DNA of 63,661 nucleotides, the filler included, from Dimorphilus gyrociliatus (taxonomy: Eukaryota > Animalia > Annelida): the NCBI GenBank assembly GCA_904063045.1. It is 3 parts of 3 records of this genome, joined end to end, with 100 filler letters (N's around TTAATTAATTAA, not from the genome) between each part and the next. Parts side by side here need not be neighbours in the genome. Positions count along the whole stretch, not along the records: positions 22,204 to 50,251 come from CAJFCJ010000146.1; positions 50,352 to 63,661 come from CAJFCJ010000152.1; 1 more part is not named here. One strand, given 5' to 3'. The translations under genes and the position numbers were made by a program. Below the pieces are notes generated by a model, which was not told the origin of the DNA, ran no database searches, and saw only the letters and a list, made by a program, of their open reading frames with translations. Below, piece by piece: positions 37,231 to 50,608 of the stretch (position 1 is its first letter; each line of letters begins with the position of its first letter).

Positions 37231-39098
37231 ATTTCTCTTGGTCTTTCTTTCAATTTCTTGATCAATATTCAACATTCTAAGGCATTGTAGTTTTGTGGAA
37301 AATCTATCAAAGATTGATTCATCTTTAAGTAATCTTTCTAAATTATTCTTGTAGTAAGACAATTAGACCATAGATGCTTCCTTTTATATTCTTTTTTTTT
37401 TATATTGCACTTTTTTCATAGTGCAAATATGATGTCTTTTGCAACTTCCCAATCTTTGAAAATAACTGCTTTTTCAATATAATTAATTGTTATGTTTATT
37501 ATGATTACTATACCTATGGTTAGTTAGAAGGCTACCCTCTAATTGTTATGGAACATTAGGTCGGATACTAGGCAGAGCCTAAGGCAGCCAATAGCCAGCA
37601 GTCAGCTTTACTTACCACAGTCTAAACCGCCATTGCTCAGGAACTGCCAGGCCGATATGGTTTAAATTTTCTACAGACGTTCAGTTCGTCAAGATTTGGT
37701 GCTGAAATTTTCGATAATTTAGTGGTCAATTGACAATACTGACCACTGTCAGGTGGGAATAATCAGTATTTGTGATATACCAAGAACCAGTTCCACTCCT
37801 TTGACAAAGAGGAAATATACCCGAAATATTGTGAGGTTTTATTTTTGTAATAAAAAAAAGATTCTGGCATTCCATTTTCTCTGTGCACTTTTTAAGAGTT
37901 TGGATTTATGTTGTTGGGGACGCAAGTATAGCTTAGGCTAGGAACTGTTACTTTAGATAGTAGTTCTTAATAGCTACACGGACCCTATGCCTAACAGGCT
38001 TATAGTGTGACAGCAATTAAGGGGCTGGTCAATTAGTATGGCATACCCTAACTACAAGACCTAATTCTAACACTAACCTAACTCTTCATCTTTTTTAATA
38101 TTAGGATTAAACTGTGTTGATATATTACATTTTGTGTGTGCGTTTTTTAAACATATAAATATCTTAAGTTCTCCTAAATTGAGGATAAGTTCTTTCAAAA
38201 TGGCGGACAATATTATCCCAGAAGTGTGTTTCACCATTTCCAACACTTTTTCCAAAATATTATTGGCTAAAAGTGTTGCTAGAAACTAAGTTTTATCCAC
38301 CTCAAAAATTTTGATTATCAAGCATGATTAAATATTTTTACAGATAAAAGCCATAGGTACATTTATTAAATGAAAACATTATGTATTTATATCATAAAAT
38401 CTCTTTACCAATTCACCAAACTGTTGAACATTTTCCTGAACTTTGTCTTCATTATAATTACAGAGTAGAGTTACTCTTAAAAAACAAATATTTTCAATTT
38501 GCTGGAAAAAAAAGATTTGATAGAAAAAGTAATAGATTTTTTAAAACATGAATTAAAAAATTGTACATTGTATATAATATTTTTATATGTCAATTTATCA
38601 TTGAAGCAAATAGAATTTGAATGCAATTTATCAATAGCTCTCACAATCATCTTAAACATCCAAATGTATTTCACTCTTTTAATCTTATTAATGCCCTGAA
38701 TATTTAAAAGTTGTATTTGTTTCACTGATTTCATATGACAAATTCCTTCTTTTTCACAATTATTAATAAAATTTATCACTGAAATGAATAGTTTGTTAGT
38801 ATCACAAAAAAAAATATAAAACCAACAATTTACTTTCCAATTTCACCTTCATTAGTTCTTTTTCCAAATATAATTTTCTACGGATAAAAAATGGATTGTT
38901 TAAAATAAATAAAACAAAACAATTACACATTATTCACATTCCCTGAATCCTTCTTTAAATATAATCAAGAAATTCTAAAAGATGCGACCATTTATTAGAA
39001 AGTGGTCAGAACTAAGCCCTAAAAAGATATATTCTTAAATAGATTTCACTTTTAAAGACATACTCATAATTCCTTTCCCTTTAATTGGACACATTCTT

Positions 39099-42000
39099 TT
39101 AAAATATTACAACAAAATTCAAATCAAACAAGTACAAAAGATTGTTGTCCAAAATACAAATATAGTACCTTTTGAACTTTTGATCGTTTCTCAATTTAAA
39201 CAACTTAAGTAAAATGGAATTCATCACAAAGACTATTGGATTAATTAACGAATTAATTGGAAGAAAAATAACTATGATCAAAATATATATATCATTCTTA
39301 ATCTGAAGATCTAGAAGTAATGAGAAAATCCCTGAAACAGGCCAAAGAAAGATTTAAAAAATACAATTGTTTCTAACAGCTAAATAAAGTAAATAAAATA
39401 TACCCAAAAAGTAAAATGGACTCCAACACAAACTGTTTGTAAGGACAATCAGAGAAATACTTTTTGGCAAAAAAAGATTTAGTTTCAACTTTTCACAGGA
39501 ATTCTTCAAATCATATTTTGTTTCCCTGACAAAATTAATTATTTCAAACACACAAATGACAATGATTACGCTATATGAAAACAACAAAATTCCATAGATA
39601 AAAAATGCAAAAAACCATCCTTCACCGTCATCTTTACGTATGTAAATATTCATACAAATTGATGTTTTGGAATAGAAGGTCTAGATTGAAAAAAAGAAGA
39701 GATGAATAGTGTAGAGAAAATGATAAAATGGAAAAGAATAATGCATTACTTTATATAAGAAATTTGGAATTGAGACTAAAATTGTCATCAAAAGTAGAAA
39801 AACAACAATGAATAATTTCCTTTGCCTTTCAAAAACAAGGTTTTTATTAAAACTTTGGATTGCTACAGTCTTTTCAAGTGTCAGCAATAAAAGACTGCCA
39901 GATGATAGAAGAATACCATAAACTAACAGGTTGCCCAAGACATGACACCCCATCCCAAATCTCCACTTGTGGTCCTTGTGCAGGTAGTCGTCTTCAAAGT
40001 ATAAATCTGCAATTGCAACTGACAGAACATACAACGAAGTCAGCAAATCTCCAATAATCAATGTCAACTGGTAGGAGAAAAAGTTTTTAGACAGAGATTT
40101 CAGCATTACTAAGGCGAGAAGGTTTCCGACAAAACCAAAAATTCCGTAAAACCAAAAGAAACCCTGGTTAAGAGTCGTTCCAAGTAGGTTGGAGCAGGTC
40201 TGAAATTTCGAATGGGACGGGGTGCAAACAACGTCATGAGCATAATACATCCAGGCCAAGCAACACAAATTGTAGCTGACGCTAAATATCTTTTTCAGCT
40301 TTAATAATTCTTCCACAATAACGTTTTCCCATTCGCCCGGAAAGACTGACATGTTCAAATGCAGTTCTTCAATTGCTCTCAGCTGACCTAGAGACTTGTA
40401 CTCGATTCTCTGAATTTTACAATGTGCCACTTTTAATACAGTCAAACCAACAAACCTCAATAAAAACTTGGACAAGACTTTGATATGGGTTTTCGACATA
40501 TCCAAGTATCTCAGTGACGCTTTATTGATAATCTTCAGAAAGGAAACACTCTTCACTGGATTATTCGATAAATCCAAATATTGCAGCATTTCCAGTTCGT
40601 GTTTCACAGCAGAGGGAAAAATGGAAAAGTTGTTGTTTTTCAAAACGGCAATGACTAAATTTGGAAAGAGTCCAAAGTTGTATTTGGGCAGAGATGAATT
40701 TTTGATATGAATGACAATCAGAGATTTTGAACTGCCACTTTTGCCAACAAACTGAAATCCTCCGCTAACAGTCAACTTCTTCATTTTATCAACTGATGCT
40801 ACTTTTCCAATGTCAATTTTGCTATGATTTTTTGCAATCTGGCAAGACATTTCAAAGGAATTGAAAATGCGACAAAAGCTATCAAGTCTGTTTCCTTGGA
40901 AACAGAGTAGTTCGTCACTGCCATGAAGACAGTCAACAATTCCATTGCACACCTTTTCCAATAGAATAAAGCTGCTTTGCCTTCCACATTTGAAGAATCC
41001 TTTTGGTCGAAAATTTTCTACAAAGATATAAAGAGAAAGAAATGAAAGCTGTTGTTTGGATGAATGGGAAAGAGTGGTGTTTAACCGCAAGATTGTTCAT
41101 CGTCTCCGTGAAAGCAGTGATTTATTCCATCACATACTTGCTCTACTGAAATACAGATTTTGTCAAAACGACATAGATATTCTCCCTCTTTGCAAATATT
41201 CATATCGCAATCTCTCAATTCATAGTATGGAAAATGCGGTCGAGTTCTTAAATTTCCCAATGAATCATATACAACTCGGCATCTAGTGGACGACGAATTT
41301 TTCGCACATAGAGAGCTTGCCAATTCTTGGAGTTTGCTTGAGCACAAAGTGAACCTTTCATCCTCACTGCTGCTGCAGTCCAACTCAAAATTGCACAAAC
41401 TGCGAGAATGTATAACTTTTCTATCACAAGCGAAATGGACATTTTCTAAAGTTAATCGCAATTTTAAACGTGTAGAAAAGTTACTGACAACAAAAACAGA
41501 ACGAACTTTGCGTGGAAGGAAACTGATTGACGTAGGAATAATCTTCATCACTTCCGTCAAAGCAATTCCTCTCTTCATTAGCAAAGTTTGCGATCGAAAT
41601 GCACTGATTATTCAAACAAGGCCTTTGTGTAGAAATTCACTTTAGACTAGAAGATTGAAAGCGCATGAATATGTTTTTGAACTTTACCCCTCATTTTCCA
41701 AACAGTCGTTTTTCTCTTTTTGTTGAGAAGACAGATTTTGCTGATTGCATAAATTGTTTGTAAAATGCTTTGACTTACTGCAGAATTGTTCATCTGAACC
41801 ATCTGGACAGTCTTTTATCAAATTGCAAACAACCGAATATTTTATTTCCATTTTTGAATTATTGCAAATGAAAGACTCATATATATCTCTATTACATCTT
41901 CTCTCGTCTTCTCCATCTGAACAATCGTCTACTTCATCGCAAACAAGTGTTTTTGATATGCATATTTTATCAATTTCACACAGGAATGTAGATTTTGGAC

Positions 42001-44723
42001 ATAAGACCTGATTCTTTATTTCCAAATGAAAGGTTAAACTTGTTTGGTTTGTAGATCCTATAATATAGTGCGGAAAAGCAAAAAAGTTTTTTGAAAGAAG
42101 TCCTTGTAAATAAAATGTTTTTGAAATCAGGTTTACTGTATTGTTTGTGGCAAATATATATTTTGCTGCGGATAATTTCACACAGAATTGATTGAAATTT
42201 AAGGATATTTGTTGCATAAAGATATTTTTTAACTATTTTATAGCATTCTAATAGAGGTTGGTTGAGAAGATTTTTGTCATTATCAAGAAGTAATGAGGCA
42301 TATGTAGAAATGAGGTACGTTTCCCAATGACAAAACTAAAGTTTTTGTTACAGTTAGAATTTTATTGTGTCTAGTAAATACCTACTTTTGTTGATGGGAC
42401 ATTATTATTGGGTTGGAAAGAAAGTGGAAGATTACTTGAAGAAGTTTCAATGGTTTTTAGTTGATTATTCACTTTGAAAAATTTCCCTAAGAGAAGTTAA
42501 AATTAATATTGATAAGATTTTACAAAAACAAATTTACTGTTAAAGACAAATTGCAGTATTTTTTGTTTTTTCTCCATTAACATTTCAATTAAGAAATTAT
42601 AAGTAAATATGATATTTGGTGTTGGAAAATCAGTGAGAATTAAATTTTTTTCTTTACATTTTTTTTCTATTTCATCTAATGTTAAACTGATAGAACTTTG
42701 AAAAATATAATAGCATGTGTCATATATTATATAAACATTCTCCCCTGAGCAGGTTAATTCTGTGAAATTTTGAGTAATGTTAATATTTAAAAAAAAAATG
42801 TTTGTATAGTATTCTATTGCCTGGTTTATTTGAGCATTTTATGTAATAGAAGACATTATTTTCAACTTCTCTATTAAATAATACAATATGAGTTTGTAAT
42901 AATTTTTTATTTAATTTAATTGTTTTGTTCTTAAACCTTTTTTGGCCTTTTTTAATTTTACAGTCTTGGAGACTTGAATTTCTATTTCTACATGAAATGG
43001 TTTGATAAAAAATACCTGAAGAGAGAATTTTTTGTACATAAAATTCTCCAAAATTATATTCTGTCAATGTTCCAGATTTGAAATTAAAGTTTTTGCATAT
43101 AATTTGAAGTTCCTTGTATTCAAGATATTTGAAATGTGTCCAAACATTTTTAGATAATATCTGGAATATACCAGAAAATGTTTGATAATTATGATTTTGT
43201 TGATATAAGAGTTTTTCATTTATGGACTTGAATATTCTGTATTTTGAATCTATTGCCTATACTATAAAAACATGTCTTGGAAATGATATATAGCAAGCTT
43301 ACTGTCTGATGAGTTATCACAAATTGGGTTTGCTAGGTAAATATTTTGTGAATGTGAAAAGAACTCAAAAAAACATCCATCAAATCTTCCATTGGAATAG
43401 GAACAATTTGTTAAGACAGTTGTCTGAAAATATCTAATTATTTCTCATTTTAACATTTTAAATAGTCTGACTTGTGGTTGGAATGAAATTTCATAAGAGT
43501 GAACTAAAGATGAAGGAACCAGAGACAATTTATCACAAATAAACCTATTTAACACATCAATATGACTTCTCTTTAAAATTCCTGTTGGACTCTCAAAATG
43601 GAAATATGTTGGTAAAATATTGTAAGTTTTTGAAAAAAATACATATTTTGCCAGATGCAATGATGGGTATATCATTCTAAAAGCATCTGTTAAGAGCGCA
43701 TTTTTTCCAATTTCAAAAACTTTCAACTCTATGAAAAATGTGAAAAAAAAATAATTCATTTCTATATGAAACATCAGGGGAAGAGGAACAACCAATCTAC
43801 TTGAGGCAATTTTTAATAGCATAGAATAACATAAGTTTTTGCTTTGAATTCCTCTTTGGAGTTCAGTTGTCCTGATCCCAAAATATCCTTGTTATTTTGT
43901 ATTTACCATCAAGTTCCAAATAACTACAACTGAAATAATCAGAATCATTCAACTTGTGCCTTCTTTCAAAAGTAAAACCATATGTCGTTAAGTTGAGTAC
44001 AGCCACAAATGTTTTATTAGTTTGCAGCATTAAATATTCAGTATATATAAATGAAGAATTTTTGCAAATGGTGTTATTAATATCTGTTTTTTTCAATAAA
44101 TGATATATTTGATTATTATTTTTCCAATATAACTCAAATGTATCGGAGACAGTTCTTTCGTTCCTAAAAGCAAAAATATCTAGTCAGGAGAAGAAAAGAT
44201 TTTTATTGAGTATTTGCAATCATTTAACAATTCAACAGAAAATTTCCTTAAAGTTACCAACATGAGGTTTTGATTTTAAAGCATTTTATGTAAACACCAT
44301 AATTTAATATTTTCCTTGCAAATTTGCTTTAATATGAAAATTATGAGATTATCTTTAAATTTGAAAAGTGAATATTGGAAAAAAATCTTACAACTGACAG
44401 CAAATCTCTAGTTGAGAATCTAATGTGGCAACTAGAGTTCTTTCTCCACTCTTCATATATGGTAATATATTATTATGTATAGTATCATAGCCAAGCATAT
44501 GGCAAAAGTTTCTTCCAAGCAAAATTACTTCTGAATTATAAAGTAGAAAAATAGTTTTATTCAAAGCAATATAATAAACTTTTAAAATTCCTTCAACATA
44601 AGAATCAGTCTCATTGACAATTTCCATATGAAAATTATCTTTAGTTTTACTTTGTAAAGAATTGTTAAAAAAGGTAAGAAAATAGAAAAACACAAGCATT
44701 TTCATGTTTATCTTATTAATCAT
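39099..44723 (-). CDS. GRL101-like receptor B (SRCR-like/CTL-like/5 LDLa/LRR/7TM, multi-exon)
   Basis: Signal exon 44723-44388; SRCR ~43250-42900; CTL-like ~42770-42600; LDLa 42217-41081; 41090-39681 (LDLa, LRR, TM1-4); TM5-6 39653-39354; TM7 PINSLINPIVF 39281-39099. Confidence 0.85.
39580..42006. repeat. Left arm of 2427-bp near-identical inverted repeat
   Basis: Mirror of 47619-50045 (coordinates sum to 89625). Mirrored ORFs translate identically; two substitutions seen (39921/49704 and 39597/50028). Confidence 0.95.
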
Positions 44724-44907
44724 CTATAATAAAAAGAAATTGACATTATTACCTTTATATATAATTTTTATTTTGCTTGAAGAAATAGTAACATTTAAAA
44801 TTTTAAATAACAATTTAATTCAAAATGATTATTAACCTTTCAAAGATTTTTGTTTTTTAAATTCAAATATCTCATTTTGAAGTGATAAGAGAAAGATTAA
44901 CTAAATT

Positions 44908-47900
44908 ATGAAGTGGCTATTCTATTTATATTTCCTTTGCATTCAGCAATCAAATAGTCAAAAAGACAATAAAAGTTTAATTTCTATGAAAATTATAAAA
45001 CAAAATAATGTTTTTGTTGAAGGCCTAGTTCAGATTTATAATGAAGATACAAAAATGGAACATTCTTTATCTATTACAAATAGTGTGTATAAATGGAAAA
45101 AATATCTGTGTAAAATGCTTGGTTATGATAGGATACACTCAATCTTGTATCCATACAATCTAAATATAAATGGTGGTATTGTAGCTTTAGCAATATCCAA
45201 ATCAAGTATTTGTTGTCAATTGTCAGTATCTTACTGTTATTTTTTTTCAATTAATTTTTTATTAAATTATTTAAATAAAATAAAACAGCCACTTTCAAGA
45301 CCGCTATAAACCAGATGGGGTTTTTCTAAGATGCTATAAGACAAATACAAGTTGTAAGTTTTGAAATTTTGACCCAATATGATGAATTGAAATCTTTCTA
45401 TTCTCTAAACAAACATCAGATGTTTTTGCTGTTATAAATAAAGAATCTTGGCCAAATCCAAATACTTATAGTCTACATTGGCAAGAGTATGGACGCTATT
45501 ACGATATAATAAAAGATACTAAACACGCTGATAATTCCCTTTGCAAGAAATCTCAATTTATTATTTCAAAGTTACCATATTTGAAAAATGAATCCTATAC
45601 AAAAATATACAGCTCAATATATAAAAACTTTAGTTTTAGAGCAAAAGATTTAACAAATTCCACAGAGTTTTTTACATGCACGTATATGGAACTTGAAGGT
45701 AAAGATAACGTTTAAAATATTAAACTTTCAAAAAAAAACGTTTAAAGATCTTTTAAGAGTTTCAGATTGTTGAATTAAAGAAAAATCCAATTCACCTATA
45801 TTTCTATCAATTAGAATACTATAATATGCCATCAAAATATGCAATAAATTCAAAAAGTTTTGGTATTATACCAACTCTTTTCAAATTTAAAAATTTAGTT
45901 GCAAAATCCAAAGATTTCTTAGTTTTATATAAATACATTTGTGTTGCATTGTCACTTGAACCAAGTTCATTGTACCATAATATCAAAGTTCACTCACCAA
46001 AACTGGTAAGCTAACAATTATGCATTTGCTTTCTGCATGAAATATAACAAAGAAATTTTATACAATTTATAGAATAGTATTGTGTTGAGCAACTGTAACT
46101 ATGAAAATAACACTTTAAAAGGATGTTTTTTAGATACACAAGTTGATTATGCATATCATTCAAAACCAATTTGTGTAACTCCCCAATGTTTGTTTAATTG
46201 TCTAATTTGAAAAAATCCATTTCGTAAAACAATAACAAAAAAATTCTATTTCAGTGGCAAAATTTAAACTTTATCAAATAAAAGGAAAAAGTCTATTATT
46301 CAAACACCACCTTAATCATAGATATAGAACATTTTCTGGTGTTTTTCAAGTTTTCCATTCTGGTATTTGGATGCATTTTAGAAAGATTAATTATAAAGAA
46401 GTTCAAGTTATATGTAAAAATTTTAATTTTGTTTCCGGTACTATTGTGAAATTTGAAGATGAATTCGGTCATAAAATGATAGGAAAATCTATTTCTGGAC
46501 TTTCCTTTCATACAATTGAATGTAATAGTTTCAACAGCAGTTTGGATGAATGTCAAATTATAGATAAATTGGAAAAGTAATTGTATTTTCTTGTTTATTT
46601 ACTTAAATCTATTTTATATTTGAACTATTCACTTGTCAGTGAAAAAGATAGAGTTGAACAAATAATATTTCAACTTCAATGTTCAAGGACACAATGTGAT
46701 AGATCATACCATTGTTAATTAGGTCATAAATAATTAAATATACTCATTTTTATTTCTAGACAGGCAATGTGACCTTGAAAATGCATTTTTTATCTATAAC
46801 ACCTGTTACTATATTTTCCAATCAACGGAATATCTCAGATTAGATGAACTTGGGGAAAGTTGTAAAAAAAAGAATTTAACTTTAACAGACTTTCCCCATC
46901 AACATTTAGTTTTTGTATATTCTCTCCTGTCAACCACTATTTCCTACATGTTCAATGCATATTATACATTTCCAAATAGTAATTAAGACTCAAAATTCAA
47001 TTTAGTAAATTACTCATATACAATTTTTTTTTTATATTAAAGAACTGAGTGTAAAAATTCATAACAAGCATCATACAAAATTAACATCCAGTAATCAACC
47101 ATATATTTTTCAAAGAGGAAAATTTTTCTTAACAAAAAATGTAATAAAAAATTATCATATTAATAATTAATACATCTTTTATATAGTCTCTATTTTCTTC
47201 TAACAGCCATGTAACATTCTAAAACAATATATTAAAATGTCTAAGAACCTCAAATTAGATACAGAACAATATTTTCCAACTGAGCTTTCTCACTGCTACA
47301 GCCATCAAACAAATAGAATGGATATTCAGACTTTTCACGAGTTAAAATCGCAATCATGTCACTTATTATGGCAAAAAATATTAGTTTGTCATCAACAACA
47401 CGGTCTAAATATCTTAAATAGAAAAAAAAAACAAATCTGAATGACATGTGTTAAAAAACATACCTTTTTATCAAACCAACCAAGAATTTCCTTCACATTT
47501 GTTTAGAAATTATACTCTTTAGTAAACCTGAGTATTCTATACCATACAAATTTTTTAGATACAAAAACAAACCGAATTCTATTACACAAAACTTTTCATT
47601 TAAACAATACAAGTGATTTCTTATGTCCAAAATCTACATTCCTGTGTGAAATTGATAAAATATGCATATCAAAAACACTTGTTTGCGATGAAGTAGACGA
47701 TTGTTCAGATGGAGAAGACGAGAGAAGATGTAATAGAGATATATATGAGTCTTTCATTTGCAATAATTCAAAAATGGAAATAAAATATTCGGTTGTTTGC
47801 AATTTGATAAAAGACTGTCCAGATGGTTCAGATGAACAATTCTGCAGTAAGTCAAAGCATTTTACAAACAATTTATGCAATCAGCAAAATCTGTCTTCTC

Positions 47901-50251
47901 AACAAAAAGAGAAAAACGACTGTTTGGAAAATGAGGGGTAAAGTTCAAAAACATATTCATGCGCTTTCAATCTTCTAGTCTAAAGTGAATTTCTACACAA
48001 AGGCCTTGTTTGAATAATCAGTGCATTTCGATCGCAAACTTTGCTAATGAAGAGAGGAATTGCTTTGACGGAAGTGATGAAGATTATTCCTACGTCAATC
48101 AGTTTCCTTCCACGCAAAGTTCGTTCTGTTTTTGTTGTCAGTAACTTTTCTACACGTTTAAAATTGCGATTAACTTTAGAAAATGTCCATTTCGCTTGTG
48201 ATAGAAAAGTTATACATTCTCGCAGTTTGTGCAATTTTGAGTTGGACTGCAGCAGCAGTGAGGATGAAAGGTTCACTTTGTGCTCAAGCAAACTCCAAGA
48301 ATTGGCAAGCTCTCTATGTGCGAAAAATTCGTCGTCCACTAGATGCCGAGTTGTATATGATTCATTGGGAAATTTAAGAACTCGACCGCATTTTCCATAC
48401 TATGAATTGAGAGATTGCGATATGAATATTTGCAAAGAGGGAGAATATCTATGTCGTTTTGACAAAATCTGTATTTCAGTAGAGCAAGTATGTGATGGAA
48501 TAAATCACTGCTTTCACGGAGACGATGAACAATCTTGCGGTTAAACACCACTCTTTCCCATTCATCCAAACAACAGCTTTCATTTCTTTCTCTTTATATC
48601 TTTGTAGAAAATTTTCGACCAAAAGGATTCTTCAAATGTGGAAGGCAAAGCAGCTTTATTCTATTGGAAAAGGTGTGCAATGGAATTGTTGACTGTCTTC
48701 ATGGCAGTGACGAACTACTCTGTTTCCAAGGAAACAGACTTGATAGCTTTTGTCGCATTTTCAATTCCTTTGAAATGTCTTGCCAGATTGCAAAAAATCA
48801 TAGCAAAATTGACATTGGAAAAGTAGCATCAGTTGATAAAATGAAGAAGTTGACTGTTAGCGGAGGATTTCAGTTTGTTGGCAAAAGTGGCAGTTCAAAA
48901 TCTCTGATTGTCATTCATATCAAAAATTCATCTCTGCCCAAATACAACTTTGGACTCTTTCCAAATTTAGTCATTGCCGTTTTGAAAAACAACAACTTTT
49001 CCATTTTTCCCTCTGCTGTGAAACACGAACTGGAAATGCTGCAATATTTGGATTTATCGAATAATCCAGTGAAGAGTGTTTCCTTTCTGAAGATTATCAA
49101 TAAAGCGTCACTGAGATACTTGGATATGTCGAAAACCCATATCAAAGTCTTGTCCAAGTTTTTATTGAGGTTTGTTGGTTTGACTGTATTAAAAGTGGCA
49201 CATTGTAAAATTCAGAGAATCGAGTACAAGTCTCTAGGTCAGCTGAGAGCAATTGAAGAACTGCATTTGAACATGTCAGTCTTTCCGGGCGAATGGGAAA
49301 ACGTTATTGTGGAAGAATTATTAAAGCTGAAAAAGATATTTAGCGTCAGCTACAATTTGTGTTGCTTGGCCTGGATGTATTATGCTCATGACGTTGTTTG
49401 CACCCCGTCCCATTCGAAATTTCAGACCTGCTCCAACCTACTTGGAACGACTCTTAACCAGGGTTTCTTTTGGTTTTACGGAATTTTTGGTTTTGTCGGA
49501 AACCTTCTCGCCTTAGTAATGCTGAAATCTCTGTCTAAAAACTTTTTCTCCTACCAGTTGACATTGATTATTGGAGATTTGCTGACTTCGTTGTATGTTC
49601 TGTCAGTTGCAATTGCAGATTTATACTTTGAAGACGACTACCTGCACAAGGACCACAAGTGGAGATTTGGGATGGGGTGTCATGTCTTGGGCAACCTGTT
49701 AGTCTATGGTATTCTTCTATCATCTGGCAGTCTTTTATTGCTGACACTTGAAAAGACTGTAGCAATCCAAAGTTTTAATAAAAACCTTGTTTTTGAAAGG
49801 CAAAGGAAATTATTCATTGTTGTTTTTCTACTTTTGATGACAATTTTAGTCTCAATTCCAAATTTCTTATATAAAGTAATGCATTATTCTTTTCCATTTT
49901 ATCATTTTCTCTACACTATTCATCTCTTCTTTTTTTCAATCTAGACCTTCTATTCCAAAACATCAATTTGTATGAATATTTACATACGTAAAGATGACGG
50001 TGAAGGATGGTTTTTTGCATTTTTTATTTATGGAATTTTGTTGTTCTTGTATATTATAGTCATAATATTTTGCTATTTTCAAATTATTAAAACGGTCTGG
50101 AAAACAAAGTCTGCCTTAAGGAGTATTTCAGAAATATCCAATTCAAAATTTCAGCTGTCAAAGAGCATTTTTTTTATTGTTGTCACGAACATTTTGTGTT
50201 GGATCCCATTTTCTGTTTTAGGTTTTTGATATTTACTGTTTTTTGGGTTGA
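44908..50251 (+). CDS. GRL101-like receptor C, head-to-head with B, truncated by contig end before TM7
   Basis: Signal exon 44908-45309 homologous to B (VEGxxxxY...CxMLGYDxIH...ICCQL); SRCR 46254-46580; CTL-like ~46760-46905; LDLa/LRR/TM 47620-49944; TM5-6 49972-50229. Confidence 0.85.
47619..50045. repeat. Right arm of 2427-bp inverted repeat
   Basis: Reverse complement of 39580-42006. Confidence 0.95.
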
Positions 50252-50351
50252 NNNNNNNNNNNNNNNNNNNNNNNNNNNNNNNNNNNNNNNNNNNNTTAAT
50301 TAATTAANNNNNNNNNNNNNNNNNNNNNNNNNNNNNNNNNNNNNNNNNNNN
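50252..50351. other. Artificial contig linker
   Basis: 44 N + TTAATTAATTAA + 44 N. Confidence 0.97.
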
Positions 50352-50608
50352 AATTAGTACTAGGTGAGAAGAATTTTATTCTTTTAATCAAGGTATTAAA
50401 GTTTTTTTTAGTGAAAAGATGACATAAAGCAGACCTATGAATGACTACTTATTATACTTTATCAAGGTGATAAGACATATATAAGGGCACTACAAGATAA
50501 ATCCGCCCACCTAATCAAATGTTTGTAAACGCCTCTTTAAAAGATAATAAACAAAACAGTATTGATGAATTGATAATTCAAACATAAGTAATAACATAAT
50601 TAGTATAA

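Noticed and set aside
37520-38065. GC-richer block with CCTAAC-like ends and hairpin AGTGGTCA...TGACCACT, possibly a non-autonomous element
   Set aside because: Could not define termini or a TSD; needs copy-number evidence.
39860-49765. Shadow ORFs antisense to or overlapping the receptor exons (e.g. 41286-41645, 41745-42011, 40468-40710 and their mirrors)
   Set aside because: No domain features; they are duplicated only because they lie in the inverted repeat.
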